NCBI GenBank assembly: GCA_964304625.1 | Contig: OZ199838.1 | Coordinates: 9,815,741 to 9,879,740 of the forward strand | Direction of reading: 5' to 3' | DNA length: 64,000 nt | Source: Kudoa neothunni | Lineage: Eukaryota > Animalia > Cnidaria | Shown here: positions 22,059 to 36,455 of the stretch, in pieces | How the letters are laid out: every line of letters starts with the position of its first letter | Position numbering within the stretch: position 1 is the stretch's first letter | Translations under genes and position numbers: made by a program | The notes under the pieces: model-generated | What the model saw: only the letters and a program-made list of their open reading frames with translations | What the model was told of the DNA's origin: nothing | The model's database searches: none

Positions 22059-24009
22059 TGGGGTTGGAAATTTTCGATTTAAATCGATTTTCGTCGATTT
22101 ATAAACCGTCGAATTTGCAAAAATGGGAAGGAAACGACGTGGAATAACCAATTATTTAATGGAATGGAGTGATTTAGAAGCTGCTGGTGATGTACTAATA
22201 TGTAGATATTGCAAAGTGTTGATACCTACGAAACAAAATAGAATACAGGAGCACGTTAATTCTCAAAAACATTGTTCTATGGAGTCGAATTTGTCGAAAA
22301 TAAACCCTCTAGCTAATATATTTTATCGAGACGCGACGAATTCAAATAAAATAGAAATAGATATGGTTAAAATAGTTTGCTTTTGATGACCTCCCATTTT
22401 CTTCGATTAATAAAATAAAGAAAGCAATCCAAGGAAATTTATTTCTACGTATTGTCCTGCGTCACGGTCGCTACCTGAAGGGAAATATTTAGTTGAAAAG
22501 CATCTTCCAACGATACATAAGGAAGCCGTGGCCACTATTAAACTAATGATGTCTGATTTACATTGTAGTTTAATAATTGACGAGTCCCCCAGATGCTAAA
22601 AACCGACCAATTTTTAACACTTTGGCCTACTTCCGTGATAGTTCCTCAGATAGACGCAAAACTATTATGTTAGATTCTTCGAGACTTATACAATGTAATT
22701 CTGTTATTGTTGCTGGCCATTTGTCTGAAATTCCAAAATGATATGATTTAGATTGGAAAAATTGTATCGCCATTATTTCTGACTCGGCATCTTACATGCA
22801 AAAATATTATATCGAATTAAAAATTATGTATCCTCATACCACCAGAATCTCTTGCTTTTCACATATTATTCATGGAGCTATTCAAGAAGCTGTTGACCTT
22901 TACTTTAAGGATGTTAGAAATTTTTGCATGAAATTTTCATCCCTGCTGTCAAAAAATAGGAAAGCGAAACACTCTTTTTTGATACACCTTAAAAATAATA
23001 ATTGCAATAGTTTCAAAGAAATTCCGAAAGTATTAGATGCACGGTGGTATAGTTTCTTTAATTGTATAAAGCAAGTGAAGGAGTATTACCCAACAGTTGT
23101 CGACTTTTTAAAAGATGTAAAAAGGAGATAAATTTGGAACAAAACTTAATGAATTTTTAAAAACAGAAGCAGTTGACCCTTAATGCTTTTTACTTTTCTT
23201 TAAATATTTTAATCGATGGACTTGATCCATTATTTGATTTTTCAAAAATAATTGAAACCGAAGAGAATTGTATCTCGAAAATTTGTGACTGGATAAAGAT
23301 TAACTTTGGAATCGACAAGAACTATTTACTAAAAAATCACAAGGACATTATCGGTCTCGTTCCATTTCAATGTAGAAGTAGTCTTCTACTTAAATGTGAA
23401 CATTTATGCGACATTATTAATGAGCTAAAATGTTCAATATCTAAAAATCTAAATGAGTGTTTACCCTCAAATACATTTTTTGAAACTGTGAAAAATCCTC
23501 GATTCAAACGATATAATTTCAATTGAACATTCGAATGTTGATGATCTTTGTTACTTTTTACAGATTGAAGACAGGCAACAACTTAAGAATGAATTCGATT
23601 TGTTATGTAAAGAGGCAAAAGATTTAACAAAGATCAGCCGATCCTAACTTTTTGAAAAACGCGATCAAATGTTTTTACCTCAACTTTCAATACTTTGTCA
23701 AGATATATTGACCCTGCCAGTGTCATAAATCAATGTTGAAAGGAGTTTCTCAAAACTCCGATACGTTTTCGGAAAAGAAAGAATAAATATAGGTGATGAT
23801 CGCCTTACAATGTTGGCGATGCTAAATTTCAATGGTCCATTATAATTATTTTAATTCACGATTGTCGAATCTATTTTGTTTTCTTTTTATTTAGTGTTTT
23901 TCTTTCTTTAAATAAAAGTAGATAAAAATCGAATTTGAAAAAAGTTTTATTTTGATCGATAAATACCGTCGATTTACAGAAAAGTAAACGTCGAAAATTT
24001 CCAACCCTA
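22059..24009 (+). mobile_element. hAT transposon (CGGBP1-like transposase group), full length but inactivated
   Basis: TIR T(A/G)GGGTTGGAAATTTTCGA at both ends, with a perfect 8-bp TSD ATTATAAC (22051-22058 and 24010-24017). Confidence 0.9.
22123..23844 (+). pseudogene. hAT transposase pseudogene
   Basis: N-terminal zinc finger (CRYC...EHVNSQKH), then IDESP, ISDSASYM, CFSHIIH, RWYSFF and VERSFSKL. Broken by frameshifts and stops. Confidence 0.85.
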
Positions 24010-24826
24010 ATTATAACCTTAAGGGAAAAATTGTTTGTTAATTTAGTTTAAAGTTTATTTTGTATCAAAGATTAAATGGAAAATTATAGAGAAAATAAAA
24101 AGGTAAAAATAGGAATTTCGGAAAATAAAATAATTTGGGTTCCTAAAATACTCCCTCCGTTCTGTAAAGGTTAGACTATGAAATAGATAATGTACTTAAA
24201 CTATGCGACTAACTGATAATACGTAACATTTTCGGTTAAACTATGTAGGATTTAACTGTTGTTTGTTGATGACGGGAATAACTTTAAAATTATTAGTTTA
24301 AAACTTTAAACAATAATGTTAAATGGAAGGAATTATTTCAGTATGTAGTTTGAGGTGGAAAAATAGCTAACATGACATTTTTTGATATACGCTGTATTCA
24401 AATAAAATATATTTAAAAATTTTTAAAGTTGTATACTTCACAAAAAGAGGAGGAAAACACTTTGAAATAAAATAATTTACCAGTTTATTAGAGCTTATGG
24501 TTGGGTGATTTGATGAAGTTGAAAATTAAATCTAATTTCAGTTAATAAAATAATTATTAGAAACGAATTAGCTAATACAGTAGGTATTAACTCAATTATT
24601 TTCTGGGATGGTTCAATAGTTATAAAAATGAATCAGATAGGTAATCTTCTGATGTTGGTTTAATAAATTAGCTAATGAATGCCTTATCTGATTTATAAAG
24701 TCGTTTAAACTTTAGTAAATCTTTATATACAATTAAGACGAGCCCATCTAATTTTATCTGAATTGATGTGGAAAATATCAACATCCGAATAAATTATTTT
24801 TTATTTAAAACCGTGTTTATACTAAT

Positions 24827-24849
24827 ATATATATATATATATATATATA
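24827..24849. repeat. (AT)n microsatellite
   Basis: Uninterrupted AT dinucleotide run. Confidence 0.9.
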
Positions 24850-25384
24850 GAAAAGGAAAGCTTCAAGAATATGAGCATATTACTAGGGATTTATTTCTCT
24901 TAGAAAACCATGAACATGAGCCTACGATAAAAAATAAATATAAAAACCCAGCTGAATTTGAAATAATAAAATTCAACTTTACCTAGAAGAATAATGCAAA
25001 AATTCGTGGACGATAGAGAAAAGTTTTGAAGACTTAAATAAGTAACTATCAATTCCATGTAAATGTAAATGAAAATAAAATTAATTATATTTCTAGGCAA
25101 AATTAGTTGTCAAATAAAATTTATTTAAATGTATAATAAAATATTTCTTAAATACAGCGTTATAAATTTAATATGAATAAAATAATTTTAATTAATTTAA
25201 AGAATTAACCACTCACTCCATTTTTGCTTAATATAAAAAATATTGTTATAACAAAAATACTAGATTATTTTCAATCAAATAAATAAAATGTTGTATTTTA
25301 TTTCTTCTAATTTAAAAAGTAACTCTAAAATTCGCACTTATAGTAAACAAAATATATAAAACAAAAATGCGTGTACCACAACAA

Positions 25385-27529
25385 CCCTCTAAGAACTCAA
25401 AATTTTACATACACCAAATCATTTGGGGGTATAAATACATCCCATTTTTTGGATAAAATTAATAATTTGAGAAAATTTTAGATAATTCTATCGAATAAAT
25501 TTTGTGTAATTAACCACAAACTGTTTATAATTGTTATTCGCGCACGCGCATAAAATTTAAGATGTCTATTTTGGCACATATTTTGAATATTTATTACATT
25601 TACCATCTTATTTTTTTCATCAAACTATGCTTAAGTTACAGTTAAATAATCAATGCACCTATATATCAAAAAACACGTAAAGTACTCCTAAACGATAATA
25701 AAACAGAATGTTAATGATTCAAACATACCGTACAAATACATTTCGAGTAGAGCTTACAGCAAAGAGAAGAACAGATGTCACATCTTACTGTTGTTTTTTT
25801 GTCTTTTTTTCTTATACAAAATCGATATCTGGAATAATTGTTGTTGATTGATGAATCTCTGGATGTATTAACGGGTTAACTGTTATCACGTTTTGGTTTT
25901 TCATTGAAACTAATGGACTAGCTAACTGTTCAGCCATCATTTTTAGAAGATCCCTCCTCACAAGATTTGGCGAATTAAATACGTTTTTGTAAATACAAAA
26001 AGCGTTGAAAAATGAAATGTCCAAAATACTATAAAAAACGACGAATGGCCAGCGATGTGTGATTCTTTTCACACTCACTGGTGCTAACAATTGAGAAGTC
26101 GTATCAACTCCACCTTTAATAACGTTATAATAAACTATAACGTCAGGTTTATGTGGTGGTTCTGTGGCTGTGTGAATGTTGGTCGTCGAAGAACAAAGCA
26201 TATAGACTGGTTTATTTTTTCGCGGCAGGTATTTTAATATCATTTTTTGCCGTGAAAAACAAATAAGGAAAAATTAATTGGGATATTTTTTATAGGTCAC
26301 AAGTAGGGAGGGATGTCCCCTTTATTTGAACGCATCGTCCCAATTACCGTAATTCTTTTCTCGAGTAAATCGTCGATCAGCTCAACGGGGGTAAAAAAAT
26401 TGTCACACACTAAATTCCTCCCTGAACCATGAAACGGTTCTAATAGCTGTAAAACAATATTTTTACCAACTTTAACTGTTCTAACAGCTTCATTATTTCG
26501 TTTCCCCAAATACACACTTATGTTAGATGCATAGGTTGATTCAGGATCGACCAACAAAAAAAACTTTATTCCGTACTTGGCTGACTTCGACGGCATATAC
26601 TGCTTGAATTTGCAGCTACCTCTGAAAGCAATAAGTTTCTCGTCGATGCAGAGACCTTCTAAAAGACGAAAGCTTCGGATGAGTAAATTATCCCAAATAT
26701 TCCATATTTCGCGGATATGACAAAATTTATCGGGTTCCATGTCGTCAAAATGGAGAGATCGCATTATTTGCCAAAATCGATTCAAAGTAAATAAATTATG
26801 GTAAATCTTCCTCCCTTCATCTGGGTCAAATAGTTCCGAAATAGGTTCTTGATTATCCCCATGAACGCCCATCAACAAAAGACATCCGATAAAGCAATCC
26901 AATTCTATTTGGTGTAACTCTGTCCACGCATTTCCGAAAATGTGTTCTCTGCATTGATTGATGTATTTCAAAATAATGTCATACATTTATTCGTTAAAAA
27001 ATACTCGAAACGAATCAGTTACATTATTTACATTTTGAGATATCCAAGGAGCAACACCGAAGCGATTATACATCGTGTTTTCGGCTGCTATTCTAGTGGG
27101 TAAGGGAGGTTAAGTCTCCCATAAAATTCCATTTTTATTCAAAAGTGAATTTATCTGGATATTTGAATCAACATCGTAACCATCTGATGAAATATCATCC
27201 GTAAGAAAATAATCATTGTCCGATGAATCAGTATCAGATCAGCTCCCACTATAATCATTCAGACTCGTTCGATAATAAATAGTTTCACACAAGCGCAAAA
27301 ATAAATAAAAGATAAATTTTAATATTTTATATAGTTTTATCAAAAAAATGTGGGGTATATTTGTATCCCAATTTTCGTTGGAAGGTATAATAAAGATAAT
27401 TTTTTTCCTAATAATAAAAAAATATTTTTGCATTAGAAAGTCCTTTAAATGAATATTGACATTCTATGAGGTAAAAACTGAAGTCTAAAATCGTTTGGGA
27501 TATAAATATACCCCATATTTTTTAGAGGG
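25385..27529 (-). mobile_element. piggyBac-like DNA transposon, decayed
   Basis: Termini CCCTCTAA and TTAGAGGG, with subterminal GGGGTATAnATAnAnCCC repeats. The TTAA flanks are degenerate. Confidence 0.75.
25700..27240 (-). pseudogene. piggyBac (PGBD4-like, DDE_Tnp_1_7) transposase pseudogene
   Basis: CIDEKLIAFRG, FKQYMPSKSAKYGIK, LVCDNFFT, IGTMRSNK, YNVIKGGVD and RWPFVVFY. Frameshifted between the ORFs at 25812-26243 and 26297-26986. Confidence 0.9.
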
Positions 27530-28363
27530 TAATACACTTAATTATTGGATCATATAGATTAATTCTATCTAAAAAAATAATACTTTAAAAATATTTAATG
27601 TATACTGTCACTATGTATTTAGAGTTTAATCCATAATTCGACGATTTTACCCAAGATCAAGTCAAACTTTATTTTTACATGAATTAGACAAGGAGTTAAA
27701 ATAATCTAAATTAAAGTAGTTTGAATTAAATTATAAAATTTAATATGTGCATGACGAGTTTAAAACAATTTTTTTTCATTTAAAAATCGAGGTAAAAAAA
27801 TTCGCAAGAAAATTTCAATATTATTACAAAATAGCATCATCTACTAAAATTCGAAGCTCGAATTATTTTAACGAGTACCAAGTTGAGCTAAATTAACAAA
27901 GAATAAATATGAATATAGTTAATCAGAAAAGTATTTGTAATAGAACATGACCAATCTTTTGTAAAAAATAAATGTGATTGAATCAAGTATGCTGTGTCTT
28001 GGTATTTATTCGATTAGGTAAATTGAAGCAAAATTAAAACTATGCGTCCCCAGCTGGTAATATTATTGGTCACTCTTGAGACTGGAGATTAGATCTGTGG
28101 TGAGAACTTGAAGATTTTATAACGAGATGTTACACCTACTTCTTATCTAAATCTACGCTTCTCAAAAATTGAACCAAACTGGTACCACAATACGAAAACA
28201 CTTTCGGAAAAAATATTTTTCATTCTAAAGATAAATGAGCCACGAATACATTCAATAATTTTTGGATTTAAAAGCAACTAGGCCTTTATTAGATATAATA
28301 TATTTAATTTAAAAAATCAAGAATATCACAGTATTAATCATACAACTTATACAGAAATAAGAA

Positions 28364-31300
28364 CTAAATATGGGGTAAACTTTGGATACTAAAAAGTTTC
28401 AATGTAAGATGACTGATAAAAACAGGCCAAGGTGACGATTTTATATTATCGTCATTTTTCAGTTCAGTAAGAGCTTGCAAAACTACTGAAGAATAATCCA
28501 ACTCATTCGATTCACACAGGGCGTAAATTCCGTTTGCTTCTCTCTACAAATTACATGCTTTAAATTAGCACATTTAATTAATTACTTTGAATATCACATG
28601 ATCAGTTTTGGTTGGAGCAAACACAGACAACAATTTAAGAGTGCAAGGGTTGTTCGAATCAAACTCAATATCATATCCTAATATTTGAATGAGATCTTTT
28701 TTAACTTGTAATATCTTGTCACTACAAGCCTATAAAAATAAGAAATGTTGAAACGGATAAAATATGAGCTATTATAGTAGGTGTGAGTATATGCCCCAAA
28801 AAATTAAACCACCCTGTTCATATGCAGCACATATACGTTAGTAGTTATTTTGGCGCGACACAATCTCTTATTACAAGGGTTCTCAACCTTTTTATAAAAT
28901 TTACCGCCTGGGCTCGATGAAAAATCCAAATTTATCCTCTTAATTCGGATGCTAAGTTCATATCTACTTTAAGGTGGTATACTCATTTAAGTATTATTAT
29001 GCTACATCTCTAAATGATAAACGAGACATAACAGAAAGAGATCGATTATAGCTTTATAAATAGAAATTAAATGTTTATTCCTAAAAACATTTTAGTCATT
29101 CCTGCCAATATCTTAATTATGTTTAATAGCATCGGATAATATGACTCCTTAGAAATTCTTGGGCACGTAACAAAATCCACCATGAAAAAATTACTCGTAT
29201 CCAATTTGGATGTCACTTAACCCTCTAACAAACTAACGAATTTGGGGTCTTTTGGGCCCCATAGTAGTTTTAAATTGATTATAGTATGTTATTTAGTCTT
29301 TCGGAACAATTGAAATTCATGGTATTTACATTAAATTATGATATTTACAACTTATTAAACTTTGAAAAAAAATTAACAAAATTTCGCATTGAAATAAAAA
29401 ATTATACTCCAACGAACTTGGGGTCTTTTGGACCCCGGGTTCTTATTTTACGATAGTTAATAAAAAAAATTTTCAAAATGCCATACGAATTTTAGAAAAT
29501 TTCTACCGGTTGAGTTTTGGGAAAAAGATGATTCATTGGGTCAGTTAATCCTCCAGAAGTCAATTCGGCAAGCTAATAAACATTTTGTACAAGCCGGCTG
29601 AACAATAGAATCAAGAGTGATAGATGTTGCATATTTAGAATGTAAGTTCTTAGGCTTTTAATCAATTTTGGATATTTAAATTAAGTAGTATAGTATTTAT
29701 TATGTTTTTAACAACCATTATTTGTTAAGAATCAAAGGATCAGAAGGTAACTAAAACACCTGATTCATATTGTTCCTAAGAAATCGAAATAATAAACACT
29801 CGATGTATTAGTTGTAAGGATATTTTGGTCGGTTTAGCTATTCGAGTAAGTATAATCAGTGTTGAGAGTAAAAATCTATTGGCTTCGATATTCAAAAATG
29901 TTTTTTTCTTTTATGTTTATTTCTTTCTCTATACTACGAAAGGTTGTTGATTTATTTCAACGAAAATTTCCGAAACGTTATATAAACCTACCGAGTAGAA
30001 TTTTGGGGGATTAACTGGTCCAATGAATCATTTTTTTCTCAAAATTCTGTCGATAGAAATTTTCTAAAATTTGTATGGCATTTTGAAATATTCCTTTATT
30101 AATTATCGTAAAATAAAAACCTGGGGTCCCAAAGACCCCAAGCTGGTTGTAGTGTAGTCGTTTTTATTTACCCCTGTCGTCTAAAATTTACCCCAGGTTG
30201 AGAATCCCAACACTAATTAGTTCATCGAATAGTGATTCAATAAAATTCCTGAGATATATAGATTTTTCAATCATTTCTAATAATGGTTATATATTTTTTA
30301 ACTCTGAAGAATATTTTCAACAAAATTTCAAAATTTTTAATTTAACTAGAGATTGCATTAAGGATTAGCATTAATGTAATTCATTATTGTTTTTAAACGG
30401 AAATAACATATATATAACTAACGTGCAATATAAAATATCTCGGTTTTTATCTTTTTACATCTTAATATAAACCACACTTTTTAACCTAATATTAATATAA
30501 TATTAGAATAATTAAAAATTCCATAAACTATTAATCTTAAAAGCTTGTTGACGAATTATAGTGATAAAGTTAGCTGTAAAATAAATGTATGTTAATCTAT
30601 TTTCAACTGGTCGCATATGCGCTCACATAATGTAATTAATATTTACTTAAGCATACTTTATTCAATATAATAATAGACTTATGTGTTAACATTTAAACAA
30701 AAAAGATTCATTATTAATGCAAATACTTTATTCATCGGAAAAAGAATGTGTTTTGTAACATTTGTGGATGCATCATATTAATTTCAAAAAAATCCATATA
30801 ATATAGTTTATTTTTTACAAAAAGTTCAATATTTAAGTCAATAAAAATAATTATTTAAACACACAAAAAATTACTTTTAATACCTAATTGAAATTATCAT
30901 AAATAACTAATTTTTAAGGGAGGAATGAAGGTTAAAATATTTAAAAAATACTTGTTACTTACTAATTTAAAAAATCCAAAATTATGAACGATTTAACCAA
31001 AAATTTATATTTCATCCAATATTTGAATGTCTTTTTGTTGATACTTGATTTCTAGATTTATTCGACATTTAACTGAACGAGTAGCAAAAAGGTTAGCATT
31101 ATAGACCCGAAAATTTAAATAAAATGGCACAATGATAAAATTTTGATAAATATTCTTCTTTTCAATAGCACAAATAATTTTATAATTATTAAAAATAATA
31201 ATTTAATCAATGTATATTTAAATGGGTGATAACGACATTTTTCAACGTATTACAAGCGATATATGAAACATATAATCTTGAAATTAATTTAAATATTAAA

Positions 31301-33292
31301 AAAATTAAGATAAATACCAGCTAAATATATTTTTTGAGATAAAACAAAGAAAAAATAAATAATCATAATCTTTCTACAATGAAAAAAGTGTCCCTACCAA
31401 GGATTATGACAATGAGACATTAATAATTATTATTGTCATATTTTTAATTCTAACGATCGTTTAAACAATATAAAAGGAATTTCTACGTAAGTGGTGGCTT
31501 TTATAGTTCAACTATAGCATATCGTTATTAATGGTTGGAATAATTAGTAAAATTTAAAATTGCGTTAGTCTTAATATTTTTCGGACAAATAAACATTTTA
31601 TTATAAGATTACGATTTTAATTTGTTCAAGTAATTTTTCCATTTGGGAACACTTTTCTTTCATATCTTAACCACCGTTTAAAATGAGTCAAACCAATCAT
31701 TACATATAATGATACCATGATACGATTGAGTTGTAGGCAAACGTTTGATTTCATCAATAAACTGGGTTGGCAACAATTTTTTCTCCTAAAAATAAGACAA
31801 GAATCACATATTTAAACCACAAATTCTTTTGAAATATGTTACTTTCCAATAAGAAAGTTTTTTTGACATTTTCAACGAGTTCACGAGGATTCGATTGTGT
31901 TGATAAGCCTCACTCAGTTTTCTTAAACTATTTTTTACGTGGGTCTCAAAAGGACTATTCGCCAAAGAGAGAACAATGTCACGTTTCGAATTATCATCCC
32001 TTCAAACAAAGTGTCAATTGTAATCCTACTAAGCAAATAATAAAGAAACATACTTGTCGTTTTCGGAACCTTGTCTAGCGTCATTTTTCAATAATGATTT
32101 CATTCTTTCATTTTCTCGCTAAAGTTAATTTCAAAATACGTGATTAGGACGATTTATCATACAATAAAGATGCGCAGTTTTTTGTTGAATGCTTCTTGAA
32201 TGGCCAAATACTACAAAATATTATAATTAATACAAAAAAATCTGATTAAATCTATGGTTTGTAAAAATAGAAACAAATCATAAAATACTATTTTCTTGTC
32301 ATCATTCTGCAACTTCATGACATTATCTAGCAGCTCTTTGTAGGACACATTTTCACGAACGTATTTCTCATGCTCAGCCATCAATGTCTCATATTTCTCT
32401 TTATATTGTTTACATTTGGTTTTATATTTAGCTTCTGAATTCAAATGATTGCTGGCTTCATTTTTCACTCTCTCCAGATTTATTTTCAACGTCTGCACCC
32501 TGCCCAAATAAAATCAAACCAGTCATAACCATTATCCCGCATAAGAACACGCACTCCGTTTGACTGTTTATGAGTTGTTCATTTTTTAGCTTGATATTTT
32601 GCGAAAGTTGAGTAACCGTTTCATTGATCATTGTAGAATTGGAATATTGAATTGAGTTCTCATTGGGCTCGCCAGATAATCTATCACCGGCATAATTTCC
32701 GCCATCACGATAATTTTGAAGTTGTTTCGTCAGAGTTTCTAGTTGATTTTCAAGTTTGGTGTTCTTTTCAGTTGCATCTTCCAGTCTCTCCTGTAGTATT
32801 AATATCTTGCCACATTGTGGACGTAAACGTTCATTTTCCGATCGTAGAGATATCACTTCGGTGTGTAATTTCGTGTAATTTTGCATGTCGCGTAGGAAAA
32901 TATCTTTCACTTTAACTGTATCTTTTTCCATTTGATATTGGTTTTCCAAAATCTAAAAAATATTGATTATATCGAAGCACATTAAAACTTCTTACCAACA
33001 ACTGTTGGCGAAGGAGATCGTTTTCTTCTTGTTTAATCTCACACTCATTCTTGTAAGAAGACAGTCCTTTTATCTGACTAATAAAAATTGGTTCAATTAC
33101 ACATATAAAAAAGGCCAATCTTTTAAATATATGTTGTAAACGCACTTTTTGAGAGTTTGGACCAATTCCTCATAATGACTCACTTGTTGTCGCATAGTTT
33201 CAAGCTCCGTATTTTGTCTATATTGCTATTAGTGACAATAACAATCAAATATTGCTTAACCTAGAGCATTCTAAACAAAAGTCACCCTGCAT
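28364..33292 (-). CDS. MAD1L1: mitotic spindle checkpoint protein MAD1-like, multi-exon
   Basis: Coiled-coil exons (LRSENERLR...ILILQERLED). The C-terminal exons ACSDKILQVKKDLIQILGYDIEFD...LKLLSVFA...DHVIFK and WPVFISHLTLKLFS match the MAD1 C-terminal domain. Stop TAG at 28364-28366. Start ATG 33292 (MQGDFCLECSR) is tentative. There is a large intron at 28730-31612. Confidence 0.75.
28874..30208. mobile_element. hAT-type MITE (family also at 50805 and 57702) with a piggyBac-like insert, inside the MAD1 intron
   Basis: Termini CAAGGGTTCTCAACC and GGTTGAGAATCCC. The body is the reverse complement of the 57702 copy (GTATCCAATTTGGATGTCACTTAA). Confidence 0.65.
29221..30162. mobile_element. piggyBac-like non-autonomous insert with about 150-bp internal inverted arms
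   Basis: Inserted after TTAA (29217-29220) and starts CCCTCTAA. The inverted arms are at about 29407-29558 and 29998-30152. Confidence 0.6.
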
Positions 33293-36200
33293 TAATTGTG
33301 TGCGCGTGCGCTCGTTATTATTTCCTTAATCTAATCTTTAGCGGTTAGATTTTCCTCCAAAGTATTTTCACTTAGTCTTCAAAAACATCAATCGTTGTGT
33401 TAATTTTAATGACGATGCATAATTTAAAATTATATAATAAATTTGTAGATATATATCAAATTGTGTATCCCATTTGTCATGATACCGAAAGCTTAAGCTT
33501 CGTGAGGGTAGACGCCTTTGTATTGACCCTGCTTTATATGATTTGTTTATTAGTTAGAAGCGCCTATAAGTAGATTTAAAGGTCAATTTCAATTATTCAC
33601 ATTATTATAATTTTAATATATTTTTAAGATAAGATTAATATGGTTTGAGAAAAATGCCATATGTATATATTATTTTTAACTTTTAATATGGTCCCCTAAC
33701 TTTATGAGTTTATCAAACTTCATATATTTATTAAAGAGAATTGATGATAAAATTAATGCGATAAATTTTTTAATTTTAAATAAATTAGCTTCTTGATATA
33801 AGTTCTCATCCAATTAAAAGCTAATAAAATTAGTATTTTATAATTTTCTTTGTAAATATTAGTAATTATTTAATATAAAAAAATTTTCTATTATAATTGA
33901 TGCTATTTTGTATTTTTAAATAAATACCACAAAAATATTGTAGAAATACAATAAATCCGCATGGTATAAAGAAGCTTGGTATAACAATGTTTTATTACTT
34001 TTCTCATTTAAAACATCTATCTCATACGATTTAATTACAAAAATATGTTAAGTTGCTAATGCAAGTGTAACACTTTATTGTAATGTTTTTCCGATACCTG
34101 GTTTTGGTCAGAACTAGATACTCACCAAACTTGCGATTATTCAAGTACTCAAAACAGCTATCAAGAAATTTTATCTTTTAGCATAAAATATTCAATAGCT
34201 TTATCCATTAAAAAATTAACTCACAATTTAATTATAATCGATATTGCTCATTAATTGATCACTTTTTTTATTTTCCCTACACATCCCAGATAACAAAAAC
34301 CTGACATCCTTAAAGACTCGAAAAGATTTACGAAATCTATCATTATATTTAAAAAATGTAGCTTTATCTCATTGAATAATTTAACTATCACTATTTGAGT
34401 CAAAAACCATATTAAGTAAAGATTATTATTCAACGCAATATGCTTTTCTCCGTATTTAATTTAAAAACGTTTAAAATAACTAGTATTAGGTTCCTCAGAG
34501 TTGGTTGGACAATATATTTTTAAAAATAACTTGCATAACCAAAAGACAGTAGCTATTGACACACTAGCCCAGGGGTCAGCAACCTGCGGCTCCCCACCGT
34601 ACGTGCATAATATAAGCTGCAATATCTAAGGTTAAAACGCGAAGAAATTATATAATTATTAATTGCTGAACTCATTATTATGTTCAAAGTTTGAATTTTC
34701 ATCAGACATAAGTCATTGTTTGATGGAAATATATAGGTATTGAAAGAATGCATGGTACTTCAATTTCACCAACTTGAACTAATTTTCTTAGATTACAACA
34801 TAAAAATTAAATATAGACAGGAGAGATTCAGAAAAAACAAATAACTTATAAATATTAAAAATTCCTCTTAGAACATTGTCCTATACGTATGCAATAATTA
34901 ACGAGGCAAAATAACCCTAAATGTTCTCAATTTTGTCCATACTTTTAAATCAAACAATTTTTTTACCATTATTTAAAATTTCTCCCTAATAAAAAGGTTA
35001 TTATTAAACTGAAAATACATATAAATAATTTTTTCGAGTATTATACAAAATACATCTTATTGGTTTATATACACAACTTTTTTAAACTATCAAATTATAC
35101 TTATGGAAGTGTTGATGGTTTATCCAATTTAAAAATTTTTCTGGGGCAAATTTTTTACATAAAAAAGTAGTTGTACATACATTTTCAATAAATGTTATCC
35201 CTTAGAATGAATTCTCTTTTAATATTAAACTTTATTTAGTTTTAATACGAAGAAAACCAAATATAAAATGTCGTTGAAATAATTAAATGCAGGAAAATAC
35301 ACGAGAATGTAAGTAATTCTTTCAACGTTAAAAGATTAAATTTATGGTTGAAATTTTCTTTTTGTTGACAATAATATTAATTATAAGTGAATTTTCTATC
35401 GTATATTTGTTGTATAGAGGACAATGGTAAAATTTCTAATTCATCATAATGGAAATTATCAAAAACGATATTATAATAATTTTTGAACCAGTCCGACAAA
35501 TTCAAGAACATGTTTGAATTATTTTTATTATTTCCTCCTACATTAAATATATTAATAATTAAATTAATGGGTTAATTATCTATAGAAAAGCGCATAGAAG
35601 GACTAATTGGATAGTTTACCTCAGATTTTTCTGGAATGTATGTTTTCAAGGTTCAAAAGGTACATATTTTGATTTTCGAGCCTATATTTAATATTCGGCT
35701 CGGAAGGTAGAAAAGTTTTTCCCGCCATCGATAATTGACTCTTCCGTCCATATCGGTTACCAACCCTTGCATTAGCGTGTAACTCCTTGTTGGGACTGGA
35801 TATTAAACCATTAAAAATGGGGGATCGAACGTTTATAACTTTAATATATATGGTCCAAAATATTTATGTTAGATAATATTTAAATTAATTTTCTAAATGA
35901 GTGGTTACGAATAAAGAATTAAACATGTGATGAAAACAATACGGAAACTTCGAATGGGTTTATCGGTATTCGACCTGTCGGTTACAATGAATGACTAATG
36001 TTAATATGGTTTTTAATTACAATTTTTGCATAGTTATATTTTCAGATAAGGGATCCGAGGATAGATAAGAGTTATATTACAATTGAAATTCAAATAAATT
36101 AATACATTTTATATGAAATATATATATTTGTCATAACAAATCTTTTAAAATCTCTAATAAACAGCTAAAGGATGATATAAAAAATGATTTTTTAACTATT

Positions 36201-36455
36201 CTATTTCGTGTATTAGTTTCTTTCCAATGTTTTCTATATATTTTCATGGAAAATCAAAATGGGGTGAAAAAGAGGTTCAAGTCATAGCGGAGAGATGACA
36301 TAAGTAAAATTCGCAGCCAAATTAAGATCACTATGCCCTAAGTTTCAATTACATAATAAATCCCGCGGTTATAATTTGTCCGGATCATTCAGCGTGACGC
36401 ACCCACGTCTATAACTCGGTCTAATGTTGAGAGTTGGACTTAATGTTTGAATTAT

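Noticed and set aside
31969-32025. Apparent in-frame TGA codons or a frameshift in MAD1 (possible recoding)
   Set aside because: The segment is a normal GTATGT...TTTGAAG intron, and splicing restores the frame.
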